Origin: Bacteroidia bacterium
Lineage (GTDB): Bacteria > Bacteroidota > Bacteroidia > AKYH767-A > OLB10
Direction: 5' to 3'
NCBI GenBank assembly: GCA_016788185.1
Contig: JAEUTF010000183.1
Coordinates: forward strand, 7,152 to 71,151
DNA length: 64,000 bases
Positions 38,272 through 47,200 of this stretch are shown here, piece by piece; position 1 is the stretch's first letter, and every line of letters begins with the position of its first letter. Position numbers and translations under genes: made by a program. Under the pieces are notes generated by a model. That model saw only the letters and a list, made by a program, of their open reading frames with translations. It was not told where the DNA came from and did not search any database.

Positions 38272-41046
38272 TTAATTGAAACGAACAATGATGGAGGCAA
38301 AATAGGTACGGCCAAAACCGTAGTAGTAGCGGGGAGGGAATTTGTTGGGATTCTTTTCCGCGTAATCGAAACGCAGCTGTTCGAAACCGGTGAGCATCAT
38401 GTCCTGATTGTCGAGAATGTTGGAGACACCCAGGTTGAGGACGAGAAAGGTATTGCGGCGGAAACCGTTCACGAAGTCACTTACCCGCCACGATTTTGTT
38501 CCGAAGAAATCAAGCGTGAACTGACCGTCGGCTTTTTGCTGGTCTATGATGGACTCGCGGAGATTTCCATCCCCCAGCAGATCCACACCGCCCACGGTTC
38601 TGCGGGCCGGGTTGAAATCAACGTAGTTGTTGCTGAAGTAATTGGCGGAAAGGTTCACCATCCAGAATTTTTTGGAGCGGTACATCACCCCGGCCATGAA
38701 GGCGTTTTGTGGTCCGTTGGCGACAAAGAAATTTTTGGAATAAATAATTTCATTTTCGGCCAGGACCGTCGCATTGTTGTCCTGCGTGATCACTGCGTTC
38801 ATCCGGTCGGTATAGTAGTATTGTCCGACAGCGGCTGCGAAACTAGAACTCCAGCCTTGCCCCAGCGTCAGCTCGGTACCAAACTCAAGGCCCACATGCC
38901 GGCGGTCCATGTTGCTGAGTGAGTAATTGACGAAGGTGCGGAAGTCCTCGTGCCAGAAATTCACCGTATTGTACCCGTCGTTGAGTTGAGTGTAATACAA
39001 GCTGGCCCTGATTTTTGCCCTGGGCGCACGAAGCATGTAGCCGCCTTCGAACGAGGTGATTTTTTCCTTCTCCAGGTTCGCCACCGCGTCATTTCTGGTA
39101 CGGGGTGAAACGTACACATTTTCAAACAAAGGGGCACGGGTTTCATAGGCGCCGTTCAGGAAAAGATAATTCCGGCCGTTGATTTTGTAAGTAGCACCGC
39201 CTTTTATACCAAAGGTGTTAAAATGCTCTTTCTTCGAATCGCCGAAGGAGTTGTTGGCGAAAATTCCGTTTCTGAATTTACCGGTGCGGAAAAACTCGGT
39301 GGATGCCACATGAAAGGCCGCGAAGAAATCCACACGACTGAATTTGAATTGTCCCTGCGCCCAGGCCATGCTCCTGGTCACCGTGCTTACATAATTGTAG
39401 CCGAAACGGTCACCCTCGTGCAAAATACGGTTCGGGGTTTCCAGGTTGTTTTGCAGCGCTTCACTCGAATCCGGGAAATCCTGCTCGGCCCATTGGTTGA
39501 GGTCCACGTAAAATTCACCGCCCAGGAGGTCGTTGACGCGCTTGTAGTTCTCGGATTCCTGGAACTGGTAGTTGTAACCGCTGTTGAGGGTGAAATGATC
39601 GCTGATGACATGGTTGTAATTCATGGCGAAGGAAACACGCTTGTTGTCGGTAACGCGCTCTTCGATGATGTAACGGGAGCGTCTGCCCGAAATCGTATTG
39701 CCGGCAATGCCGTTGGCGTCCTGAACCGTTTCAAAGGAATTGCGGTTGACATTGTAAATGTTTTCCCAGTTTACCTGGCGGTAGGCTTCGTTGTTGCGCC
39801 AGAGCGCCTCGGCCTGATCACGGAGTGCAGGGTCATTGATGTAGGAGGGAAGGCGGCGGTAAAAATCAGGGCGGGGATCCGTGGCATTGAACCAGTCGAA
39901 GCCGCTCAGGCTGGTGCTGCCGTATTGGTAGCCCAGGGAGGTTTCGAGTTCGGAACGGGAGTTGATTTTCCACTCGTGACTGAGGATGGTCAACGGCTGT
40001 TGCTGTCTGCCGATCCTGGCGTTGCGTACCTTTCCGTTCTGGTAGCCCCAGTTGGGATTGTAGTAATTGCTTCCGGCAAGATCATAGGCTTCCTGGATGG
40101 CGGGATTGGCACGTCCGTTCATCGTATTGGCGCCCATGTGGGTGAGACTGAGTGAATGCCGCGTGCCAAATCGTTTTTCGACGGAAGCAAACCATGACCA
40201 ACCGTCGGTAAAGGTGCCCGGTACATAACCTTCATCTCCCCAGCGGCGCGACACCGATGCGGCAAAGGCCCAGCCGCCGTTGAGTAAACCGGTACCGTAG
40301 GACGCCATGAGGCGGTTGTTGTAGGTGCGGTTGGAATTGGCGTAGCTAAGGGCAAACTGCTTGCGTTGACGGGAGGCTCTGGCATCAATGCTGAAGGATC
40401 CGTCAAGACTGCCGTAACTGTAATTGGAGGCGCTGAGTCCATAGGTGCTCTCGCGGCTGCGGGTCACGTCATTCAGACCGGCCCAGGTTCCGAAAAGAGT
40501 ACGGCTGCTGCTGAGGTCTTCCACCGGAATGCCGTTCATCAGGGTCATGTTCTCGTTATCGTATCCTCGGTTGCGGAAACGGGCGGCGCTGAAATTGAAT
40601 GCTGCGGCCGCGGCAAAGGGGTCGCGTCCCGCGGTGAGTACCCCGGCCACACTTTGCGAGGAGGATTCGCGCAAGTCGGTCTCGCTCATGGTCACCGTAG
40701 GCAGATTTTCCTGTAGCTGCAAAGGAGAGTTGTCGATGATCTGGGCCCCCAGAGTGCCGGCATCCGTAACGGCTGAATTTACTTCAATGCTTTTGCTGAT
40801 CACTTCGTAATTTTCAGCCTGTACTTCCAGGGTGTAGGAGCCGTAGGGTACGTTTTTAATTTCGAAGTCGCCCAGGCTTCCGCTTTGGGCACTGAAGGTG
40901 GAACTTCCCCGAAGGATAACCCGTACATCCGTCAGCGGTGTTCGGGTATCGTTGTCGAGCAAAAGCCCTTTTACCGTGGAATTTTGGGAGAAACTGAGTG
41001 CAGGCAGAAGAAAAAGTAGCCAAAGCAAGGCTGATCGTAAATGCAT
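38272..41046 (-). CDS. TonB-dependent outer-membrane receptor with N-terminal carboxypeptidase-regulatory-like domain (SusC-like architecture)
   Basis: 924 aa. It has a signal peptide, a CarbopepD_reg-like N-terminus (STVKGLLLDNDTRTPLTDVRVIL), a plug, and a long beta-barrel. Confidence 0.85.
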   Translation of the reverse strand: MHLRSALLWLLFLLPALSFSQNSTVKGLLLDNDTRTPLTDVRVILRGSSTFSAQSGSLGDFEIKNVPYGSYTLEVQAENYEVISKSIEVNSAVTDAGTLGAQIIDNSPLQLQENLPTVTMSETDLRESSSQSVAGVLTAGRDPFAAAAAFNFSAARFRNRGYDNENMTLMNGIPVEDLSSSRTLFGTWAGLNDVTRSRESTYGLSASNYSYGSLDGSFSIDARASRQRKQFALSYANSNRTYNNRLMASYGTGLLNGGWAFAASVSRRWGDEGYVPGTFTDGWSWFASVEKRFGTRHSLSLTHMGANTMNGRANPAIQEAYDLAGSNYYNPNWGYQNGKVRNARIGRQQQPLTILSHEWKINSRSELETSLGYQYGSTSLSGFDWFNATDPRPDFYRRLPSYINDPALRDQAEALWRNNEAYRQVNWENIYNVNRNSFETVQDANGIAGNTISGRRSRYIIEERVTDNKRVSFAMNYNHVISDHFTLNSGYNYQFQESENYKRVNDLLGGEFYVDLNQWAEQDFPDSSEALQNNLETPNRILHEGDRFGYNYVSTVTRSMAWAQGQFKFSRVDFFAAFHVASTEFFRTGKFRNGIFANNSFGDSKKEHFNTFGIKGGATYKINGRNYLFLNGAYETRAPLFENVYVSPRTRNDAVANLEKEKITSFEGGYMLRAPRAKIRASLYYTQLNDGYNTVNFWHEDFRTFVNYSLSNMDRRHVGLEFGTELTLGQGWSSSFAAAVGQYYYTDRMNAVITQDNNATVLAENEIIYSKNFFVANGPQNAFMAGVMYRSKKFWMVNLSANYFSNNYVDFNPARRTVGGVDLLGDGNLRESIIDQQKADGQFTLDFFGTKSWRVSDFVNGFRRNTFLVLNLGVSNILDNQDMMLTGFEQLRFDYAEKNPNKFPPRYYYGFGRTYFASIIVRFN

Positions 41047-41134
41047 AAGGATTTTCTATTGATGAGGGAGGGCAAAAGTAAGGAATACCTCGATCAGGTG
41101 CCTGGCTTTTGACAGGGAATCGTGTAATGATATC

Positions 41135-41148
41135 ATTAAATCACGGAC
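41135..41148. promoter_or_regulatory. 14-bp perfect palindrome TAATGATATCATTA in the divergent promoter region between the TonB receptor and the EEP nuclease; a candidate metalloregulator (Fur-family-like) operator
   Basis: The inverted repeat was verified in the sequence. It resembles the Fur-box core AATGATAATCATT with the central base missing (7-0-7 rather than 7-1-7). Confidence 0.35.
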
Positions 41149-41199
41149 CTGGCTTCCGGCTCAAAAGGCTTTTCTTAGCTTTGCGTCCTTCCTATTCTT

Positions 41200-42255
41200 A
41201 TGAAAAATACCAGATTATTTCTTGCGCTTGGCTTCCTTTTTCTGTTCATCAGCCCGGTGCTCCAGGCCCAGGAGAAACAATTCTCGGTTGGCCTGATCGG
41301 ATTTTATAACCTTGAAAATCTGTTTGATACGATAAATCAGCCCGAGGTGAACGATGAGGAGTTTACCCCTCAGGGTGCCAACCTGTATACAGCGGAAGTC
41401 TATCTTGATAAATTGGGGAAGCTGGAGGAGGTCCTGAGCCAGATCGGAACCGACATGAGCCCCGATGGCCTGTCGGTTTTGGGTGTGGCCGAAATTGAAA
41501 ATGCAAGTGTGTTGCAGGATCTGGCGCACCAGCCCAGGTTGAAAAGTCGTAATTACCAGTATGTTCACTACAATAGTCCGGATGAGCGGGGCATCGATGT
41601 GGCGCTGATGTATAACCCGAAGTACTTCAGGGTACTCTCGTCTTCCAGCCTCCGCGTGCCTCTTCAGAACAGTGACGGTACGCCGCGTTTTACCCGGGAT
41701 GTGTTGTACGTGTACGGATTATACCTCGGGGAGCCGATGCACTTTTTTGTGAACCACTGGCCATCACGCCGTGGCGGGGAGGAGGCATCCGCTCCGGGCC
41801 GGGCCCTGGCCGCCCAGGTGGCGAAGAATGTGATCGATTCCATCATGAAGGTGAATCCGGATGCCAAAGTGGTGCTGATGGGTGACCTAAACGACGACCC
41901 GGTGAGTCCTTCCGTGACAAAGGTCTTGGGTGCCACCGGCAATAAGGATAAGGTCAGGAGAAGCGGACTCTATAATCCCTGGGTGGATTATTACAAGGAA
42001 GGAATCGGTACCCTGGCTTACAATGATGCCTGGAACCTCTTTGACCAGATCATTGTTTCCGAAGCCTTGCTGCCGAAGGAGCAGACTGGTTTTTTTCTTC
42101 AGAAAGCGCTTATTTTCCGCCGCGAATTTATGGTTCAGAATTCCGGTCGTTACAAAGGATATCCAAAACGAACCTTTGACTTCAGCGTCTACATCGGTGG
42201 GTATTCCGATCACTTCCCCACCTATCTCGTGCTTCTGAAGGAAAAAAAGAAGTAA
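41200..42255 (+). CDS. Secreted endonuclease/exonuclease/phosphatase (EEP) family protein
   Basis: 351 aa with signal peptide. GDLNDDP and the C-terminal SDHFP catalytic His are typical of the Exo_endo_phos fold. Confidence 0.75.
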   Translation: MKNTRLFLALGFLFLFISPVLQAQEKQFSVGLIGFYNLENLFDTINQPEVNDEEFTPQGANLYTAEVYLDKLGKLEEVLSQIGTDMSPDGLSVLGVAEIENASVLQDLAHQPRLKSRNYQYVHYNSPDERGIDVALMYNPKYFRVLSSSSLRVPLQNSDGTPRFTRDVLYVYGLYLGEPMHFFVNHWPSRRGGEEASAPGRALAAQVAKNVIDSIMKVNPDAKVVLMGDLNDDPVSPSVTKVLGATGNKDKVRRSGLYNPWVDYYKEGIGTLAYNDAWNLFDQIIVSEALLPKEQTGFFLQKALIFRREFMVQNSGRYKGYPKRTFDFSVYIGGYSDHFPTYLVLLKEKKK

Positions 42256-42288
42256 GGGATTTTATACTGCTCACTACTTAAGTCTACA

Positions 42289-42780
42289 ATGGAACTTATT
42301 CTGGTCCGGCATGCCAAGTCACTGCACAACGACTATGTGGAGCAGGACATAGAACGTCATTTGTGCGACCGGGGCTATCACGATGCAGCGGTCTCCTCCG
42401 GCTGGTGCAGCTCAAAAAAAATAGTTCCGGATCTGATGCTTAGCAGCCCGGCCATTCGCGCCTTTTCTACAGCATTGATTTTCGCAAACCGCCTGGGCTA
42501 CGCATCCGATGCCATTCGCCTGGAGGCCGCCATTTACGAGGCCTCTGTCCGGAATTTAGTGTATGTGCTGGATGGAATTCCCGAAGGCACCAAAACCTGC
42601 ATGCTTTTCGGACATAACCCCGGTTTTACCGAATTACTGAATTACCTTTGTGGCCCCGTCTGTTCGCAATTGCCCACAGCTGCCGTCGCCAGAATTACCC
42701 TCAGGCGCAGCCCCGGTGGGAAGATAGAGCCGGCCCGGTCGGAATTGCTGGATTTATTTTCCGGGCACAAGCCTTTCTGA
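42289..42780 (+). CDS. Histidine phosphatase superfamily protein, SixA-like (phosphohistidine phosphatase)
   Basis: 163 aa. The N-terminal LVRHAKS matches the RHG-motif region of branch-1 histidine phosphatases. Confidence 0.6.
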   Translation: MELILVRHAKSLHNDYVEQDIERHLCDRGYHDAAVSSGWCSSKKIVPDLMLSSPAIRAFSTALIFANRLGYASDAIRLEAAIYEASVRNLVYVLDGIPEGTKTCMLFGHNPGFTELLNYLCGPVCSQLPTAAVARITLRRSPGGKIEPARSELLDLFSGHKPF

Positions 42781-42896
42781 CTTAACACAACGTTATCTTT
42801 ACGTTAAGCCCCTGTGTTCCGGCCACTCTGCTTGGAACATTTTAAGATATTTGGAAAGTTAAAAATCGCTTAAACTTGCAGGAACCTGTAATCACC

Positions 42897-43214
42897 ATGG
42901 ATAAAAAGTACCGGAAAGAACTGGAACAGCGTTTGTCGCTCCTCATTGTAGAATTTCTGAAGAAGAGCAATGGCAAAGCAACGGAGGAGATCAGTAAAGT
43001 CATTAAGTCTGCTTCAAAGGATATCGCAAAGAAATTTGTTAAAAAAAGCGAATCGCTGAAAGCGGCATCGGCCAGTCAAAAACCGCTGACGAAGCCCGCC
43101 GGAGTGGCGCTTCCATCCGATAAGAAGCCCGGGAAATTGCAGGTGAAGAAAGCCGTGAAAAAGCTTGCAGGGAAAGCGGTGAAAAAAGTAGCCGGGAAGT
43201 CTGCAAAGAAATAG
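42897..43214 (+). CDS. Histone H1-like, lysine/alanine-rich DNA-binding protein
   Basis: 105 aa from the ATG at 42897; the track start at 42876 is TTG. The C-terminal KKAVKKLAGKAVKKVAGKSAKK repeats resemble the histone H1/Hc1 tail. Confidence 0.55.
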   Translation: MDKKYRKELEQRLSLLIVEFLKKSNGKATEEISKVIKSASKDIAKKFVKKSESLKAASASQKPLTKPAGVALPSDKKPGKLQVKKAVKKLAGKAVKKVAGKSAKK

Positions 43215-43226
43215 CCGGGTGCGGGT

Positions 43227-45281
43227 ATGAAGAATCAGAAAGTGTTGCTGGTCAACCGCGATATCAGCTGGCTGGCCTTCAACGACCGTGTCTTGCAGGA
43301 GGCCAATGACAAAACGGTGCCACTTCTGGAACGATTGAAGTTTCTGGGGATCGTTTCCAGCAACCGCGATGAGTTTTTCCAGGTACGTGTGGCCACCATC
43401 AAGCGGATGATCCGCCTTGGTAAAAGGGGGGAGCAGATACTGGGTGAAGATCCCGTTTTACTGCTGGAGCGCATTCAGCGCATCATCATCCGGCAGCAGG
43501 AGTATTTTGATAAAAGTTATGACAAACTGCTGCGTGAACTGACGCTGCAGGGCATCTTCATCCTGAACGAAAAGCAACTCAACCGTGAACAGGGCGCTTT
43601 TGTAATGCAGTACTTTCGGGAACAGGTGCTGCCGGCCCTGGTGCCCGTCCTGCTCGATAATGTTAAGAGTTTTCCCTACCTGCGGGATAAGAGCATTTAT
43701 TTTATGGTGGTGATGCAGCGTAAGGAAGGGAAGCCACGCTATGCCCTGGTGGAGATTCCCACCGATGTGTTGCCCCGGTTCATTGTATTGCCTACGCAGA
43801 ACAAGTACATTATCCTTCTCGACGATGTGATCCGCTATTGCCTCGATGAACTGTTTTTTAATTTCGAGTATGATCACATCAGCGCCTATACGATAAAGCT
43901 GACGCGCGATGCCGAACTGGATATTGAACAGGATGTGACCAAGAGCCTGGTAAAGAAGGTGGCGGAAAGCATCAAACGCAGAAGCAAGGGGCAGCCGACC
44001 CGGCTCATCTACGACGAGGAGTTGCCCGGTCATGCCGTGAGTTACCTCATGCGACGTATCCGGTTCAGCAAGGAAGATCAGCCGATCCCCGCTGCGCGGT
44101 ACCACAATTTTGTGGACTTCATGAAGTTTCCTTCATTGAATAAAAACGAACTGCGGTCCAAAAATCCACCTCCGCTTTCTCATCCCGATCTGAAACCGGG
44201 CAGCAGCGTACTCAAGGTGATCCGCGCAAAGGATATTTTGTTGAGTTTCCCTTACCAGAGCTATCATCACATTATTGATGTGTTGCGCGAAGCGTCCATC
44301 GATCCAAAGGTGAAAAGCATTGAAATCACCTTGTACCGTCTGGCCCGGAACTCACACGTGGTGAATGCCCTCATCAATGCCATCCGGAACGGCAAGCAGG
44401 TCACCGCCGTCGTGGAACTGCAGGCCCGCTTTGACGAAGAGAACAACATTAAGTGGGCCAACCGTCTGAACGAAGAAGGTGCAAAAATTATTTACGGGGT
44501 ACCCGGATTGAAGATGCACAGCAAGTTATTTCTTATCCGGCGCACCGAGCAGGGCAAGGAAATGCTGTACGCGCACATCGGAACCGGGAATTTCAATGAG
44601 GAAACTGCGAAACTGTATTGCGATCACAGCCTGCTGACCACCGATAAAAGAATCACCGAAGAGGTCATGCGCGTTTTTCAGTTTTATCACGACAATTATA
44701 AAACCGGCACCTACAAACACCTGATCGTTTCTCCCTTCTTTACCCGGAAAAAATTCCTTCAGTTTATTCAGAAGGAGGTAGACCATGCACTCGAGGGGAA
44801 GGAAGCCTGGATTTTCCTGAAGATGAACAGCCTTACCGATCCGGAGATGATCCGGAAGCTGTATGAAGCAAGTGCGGCGGGCGTGAAAATCAGGATGATC
44901 ATCCGGGGTATCTGCTCCCTGGTGCCGGGCGTGGAGGGCATCAGCGAAAACATCGAGGTGATCAGCATTGTGGATAAATACCTCGAGCATGCCCGGGTAT
45001 TTGTATTTGCCAACAACGGTGATCCGCGGTATTATATTTCATCCTTCGACTGGATGCCCCGGAACATAGATTTCCGGTCGGAAGTGGGTGTGCCGGTGTA
45101 TGATCCTGCCATCCGGCAGCAGCTCCAACACATGCTTGACCTCCAGTGGATGGACAATTGCAAAGCCAGGGTAATCAACGTGCAGCAGGACAATCAATAC
45201 CGGCGCACGCGTTCAAGAACCAAAACCAGGGCTCAGGAAGCCATCTACCAGTATCTGGCAAAAAACACATCGGGTGAATAA
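43227..45281 (+). CDS. ppk1: Polyphosphate kinase 1
   Basis: 684 aa with a PPK1 N-terminus (VNRDISWLAFNDRVLQEA) and the two PLD-like C-terminal domains. Confidence 0.95.
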   Translation: MKNQKVLLVNRDISWLAFNDRVLQEANDKTVPLLERLKFLGIVSSNRDEFFQVRVATIKRMIRLGKRGEQILGEDPVLLLERIQRIIIRQQEYFDKSYDKLLRELTLQGIFILNEKQLNREQGAFVMQYFREQVLPALVPVLLDNVKSFPYLRDKSIYFMVVMQRKEGKPRYALVEIPTDVLPRFIVLPTQNKYIILLDDVIRYCLDELFFNFEYDHISAYTIKLTRDAELDIEQDVTKSLVKKVAESIKRRSKGQPTRLIYDEELPGHAVSYLMRRIRFSKEDQPIPAARYHNFVDFMKFPSLNKNELRSKNPPPLSHPDLKPGSSVLKVIRAKDILLSFPYQSYHHIIDVLREASIDPKVKSIEITLYRLARNSHVVNALINAIRNGKQVTAVVELQARFDEENNIKWANRLNEEGAKIIYGVPGLKMHSKLFLIRRTEQGKEMLYAHIGTGNFNEETAKLYCDHSLLTTDKRITEEVMRVFQFYHDNYKTGTYKHLIVSPFFTRKKFLQFIQKEVDHALEGKEAWIFLKMNSLTDPEMIRKLYEASAAGVKIRMIIRGICSLVPGVEGISENIEVISIVDKYLEHARVFVFANNGDPRYYISSFDWMPRNIDFRSEVGVPVYDPAIRQQLQHMLDLQWMDNCKARVINVQQDNQYRRTRSRTKTRAQEAIYQYLAKNTSGE

Positions 45282-45374
45282 ATTTTTGTGGTTTTACCGG
45301 GAAATACGGTGAAAAAGAAATTTGTCAGCCTTGCTAATTACGCTTAAATTCGACACCAGCCCCCCTCGCATACC

Positions 45375-46268
45375 ATGCGCTTCGCTTCCATCGATATAGG
45401 TTCCAATGCAGTCCGGCTGCTCTTGTGCAATGTGTACGAAGAGGGACCGGAGCCGGTGTTTAAGAAGGCCGAACTGGTGCGTATGCCGATTCGTCTGGGT
45501 GAAGATGCCTTCCGTTTTGGAAGAATATCGGAGGAGAAAAAGGACAAACTGGCCAAGACGATGAAGGCTTTCAGCCTGCTCATCGATGTTTTTGGCGCCA
45601 TCGACTATCGTGCCTGCGCGACGGCCGCCATGCGTGAAGCGGGTAACAGCCAGGAAGTGTTGCGTTACGTAAAGCAGCAGAGCGGAATTGAAATAGAAAT
45701 CATAGATGGGAAAACAGAGGCGCAGATCATTTATTCAAACCATATTGCCGAACACCTCGAACACGACCAGTCGTACCTGTACATCGATGTGGGCGGCGGA
45801 AGTACTGAACTGACTTTGTTTACCGAGGGCCATATTGCGGCATCGCAATCCTTTAATATCGGTACCATCCGTCTCTTACACGACCAGGTGAGTAAAGAAA
45901 CCTGGAACAATTTCAAGGATTGGATCAGGGAGAAGGCTGAGGGTCATCATCCGCTCACCGCCATTGGCTCGGGAGGAAACATCAACAAGGTGTTTAAAAT
46001 GGCCGATCGTAAAGAGAACAAGCCGCTGCTCATTTCAAAAATCCAGGAAACCTACTATTTCTTAAAAGAATTCACTGTAGAGGAACGCATCACCATTCTG
46101 GGGCTCAACCCCGATCGTGCGGATGTAATCGTACCGGCGGTGAAGATTTTTTTAACGGCCATGAAAACCGCCGGCATCGAAAAGATTATTGTGCCGCAGA
46201 TCGGTTTGTCCGATGGAATCGTTCACCTGCTTTACGAAAAACACAAAAGTGCGGCCCAATTGCGTTAG
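45375..46268 (+). CDS. ppx: Ppx/GppA family exopolyphosphatase (short form, ASKHA N-terminal domains only)
   Basis: 297 aa. The start MRFASIDIGSNAVRLL is typical of Ppx/GppA. Confidence 0.8.
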   Translation: MRFASIDIGSNAVRLLLCNVYEEGPEPVFKKAELVRMPIRLGEDAFRFGRISEEKKDKLAKTMKAFSLLIDVFGAIDYRACATAAMREAGNSQEVLRYVKQQSGIEIEIIDGKTEAQIIYSNHIAEHLEHDQSYLYIDVGGGSTELTLFTEGHIAASQSFNIGTIRLLHDQVSKETWNNFKDWIREKAEGHHPLTAIGSGGNINKVFKMADRKENKPLLISKIQETYYFLKEFTVEERITILGLNPDRADVIVPAVKIFLTAMKTAGIEKIIVPQIGLSDGIVHLLYEKHKSAAQLR

Positions 46269-46394
46269 ACAGGTCGTGTCGCTGCGTGGAGAGTTGTCAC
46301 CCCGATTTAATTAAGTAAACATCATCGGGCCGGTGTGAGTCTTGTACAGGATGTCCGGAGTAAATCCGCTTGAAGATCCGGAACCTGTTTCTAA

Positions 46395-47024
46395 TCACTC
46401 CGTCAATTTCACCTCCATCAAGGGATGAATGAAATATTTATGACGGGAGTGCATTTCATAGCATTCAAAATTTTTCCGGAGTTTATGTCCCTTCACAAAA
46501 TGCTGTCCGTTTTTTAAAGAGAAGGAGGCATTGAAAGGTACTTCTTCCAGGTGCATCCAGTCGCCGGCATTCAGGTCATAGCGCTTTAATGCTTTCATTA
46601 ACTCCACATCGCCGCAGCTGGTGGCCGCGGGATTGCGCAGGTAACGGCTCACCGCAAGGGCTACATCTTCCGGGAAAATTTTTCTGTCCAGAAAATTTTG
46701 CATGTGATACCGGAATTCGGCTTTCCATTCATGGCCGTGCGGCGCCGCGTAACAGCCATGCTTTAAAAAGCAGGTCAGGTGGGCCACTTCATGGGTGAAG
46801 GTGAGGAGGAAAGCAAAAGGATTGAGGTCATGATTGATGGTGATGGTATGGCTCTTGCCTTCGTGGGGAGGGTGATAGTCACCGCACTTGGATTGCCGGC
46901 TTTTTTTTATACGAACCCGAATCCTGTATTGACGGATCCAGTCAAAGCAGGTGTCCACGGCATCGCCGGGCACATATCTGCCCAGTGCCTTACGCAAATC
47001 TTCTCCTGTTACTGGCTGCGCCAT
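46395..47024 (-). CDS. SprT-like zinc metallopeptidase family protein
   Basis: 209 aa with an HEVAHL (HExxH) motif. Family recalled, not searched. Confidence 0.6.
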   Translation of the reverse strand: MAQPVTGEDLRKALGRYVPGDAVDTCFDWIRQYRIRVRIKKSRQSKCGDYHPPHEGKSHTITINHDLNPFAFLLTFTHEVAHLTCFLKHGCYAAPHGHEWKAEFRYHMQNFLDRKIFPEDVALAVSRYLRNPAATSCGDVELMKALKRYDLNAGDWMHLEEVPFNASFSLKNGQHFVKGHKLRKNFECYEMHSRHKYFIHPLMEVKLTE

Positions 47025-47200
47025 TTCTTCTGTGCAAATTTAAAAAAATCAGTTCGCCGGCCCGATGCCGGCCCTGCCGTTATACACAAACCTGTCCTGT
47101 TAATAAAGTATGTATTTTGTCAGCTTCCCATTCGGTTCAGGAGCCTGACAGGGACAGACGGGCTATACTTCCGAACTGTGCGGGAAATGAAATACCGATC

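Noticed and set aside
41135-41148. Interpreting the TBDR/nuclease palindrome as a Pho box (phosphate regulon)
   Set aside because: PhoB boxes are direct repeats (CTGTCAT-like 7-mers spaced 11 nt), not palindromes. The inverted-repeat symmetry points to a dimeric Fur/Zur/other regulator instead, even though the locus has a phosphate-scavenging flavour.
42781-42808. CTTAAC...GTTAAG / AACGT...ACGTT nested inverted repeats immediately after the SixA-like stop
   Set aside because: The stems are short and AT-rich with no following T-tract. It is probably a weak terminator or incidental structure.
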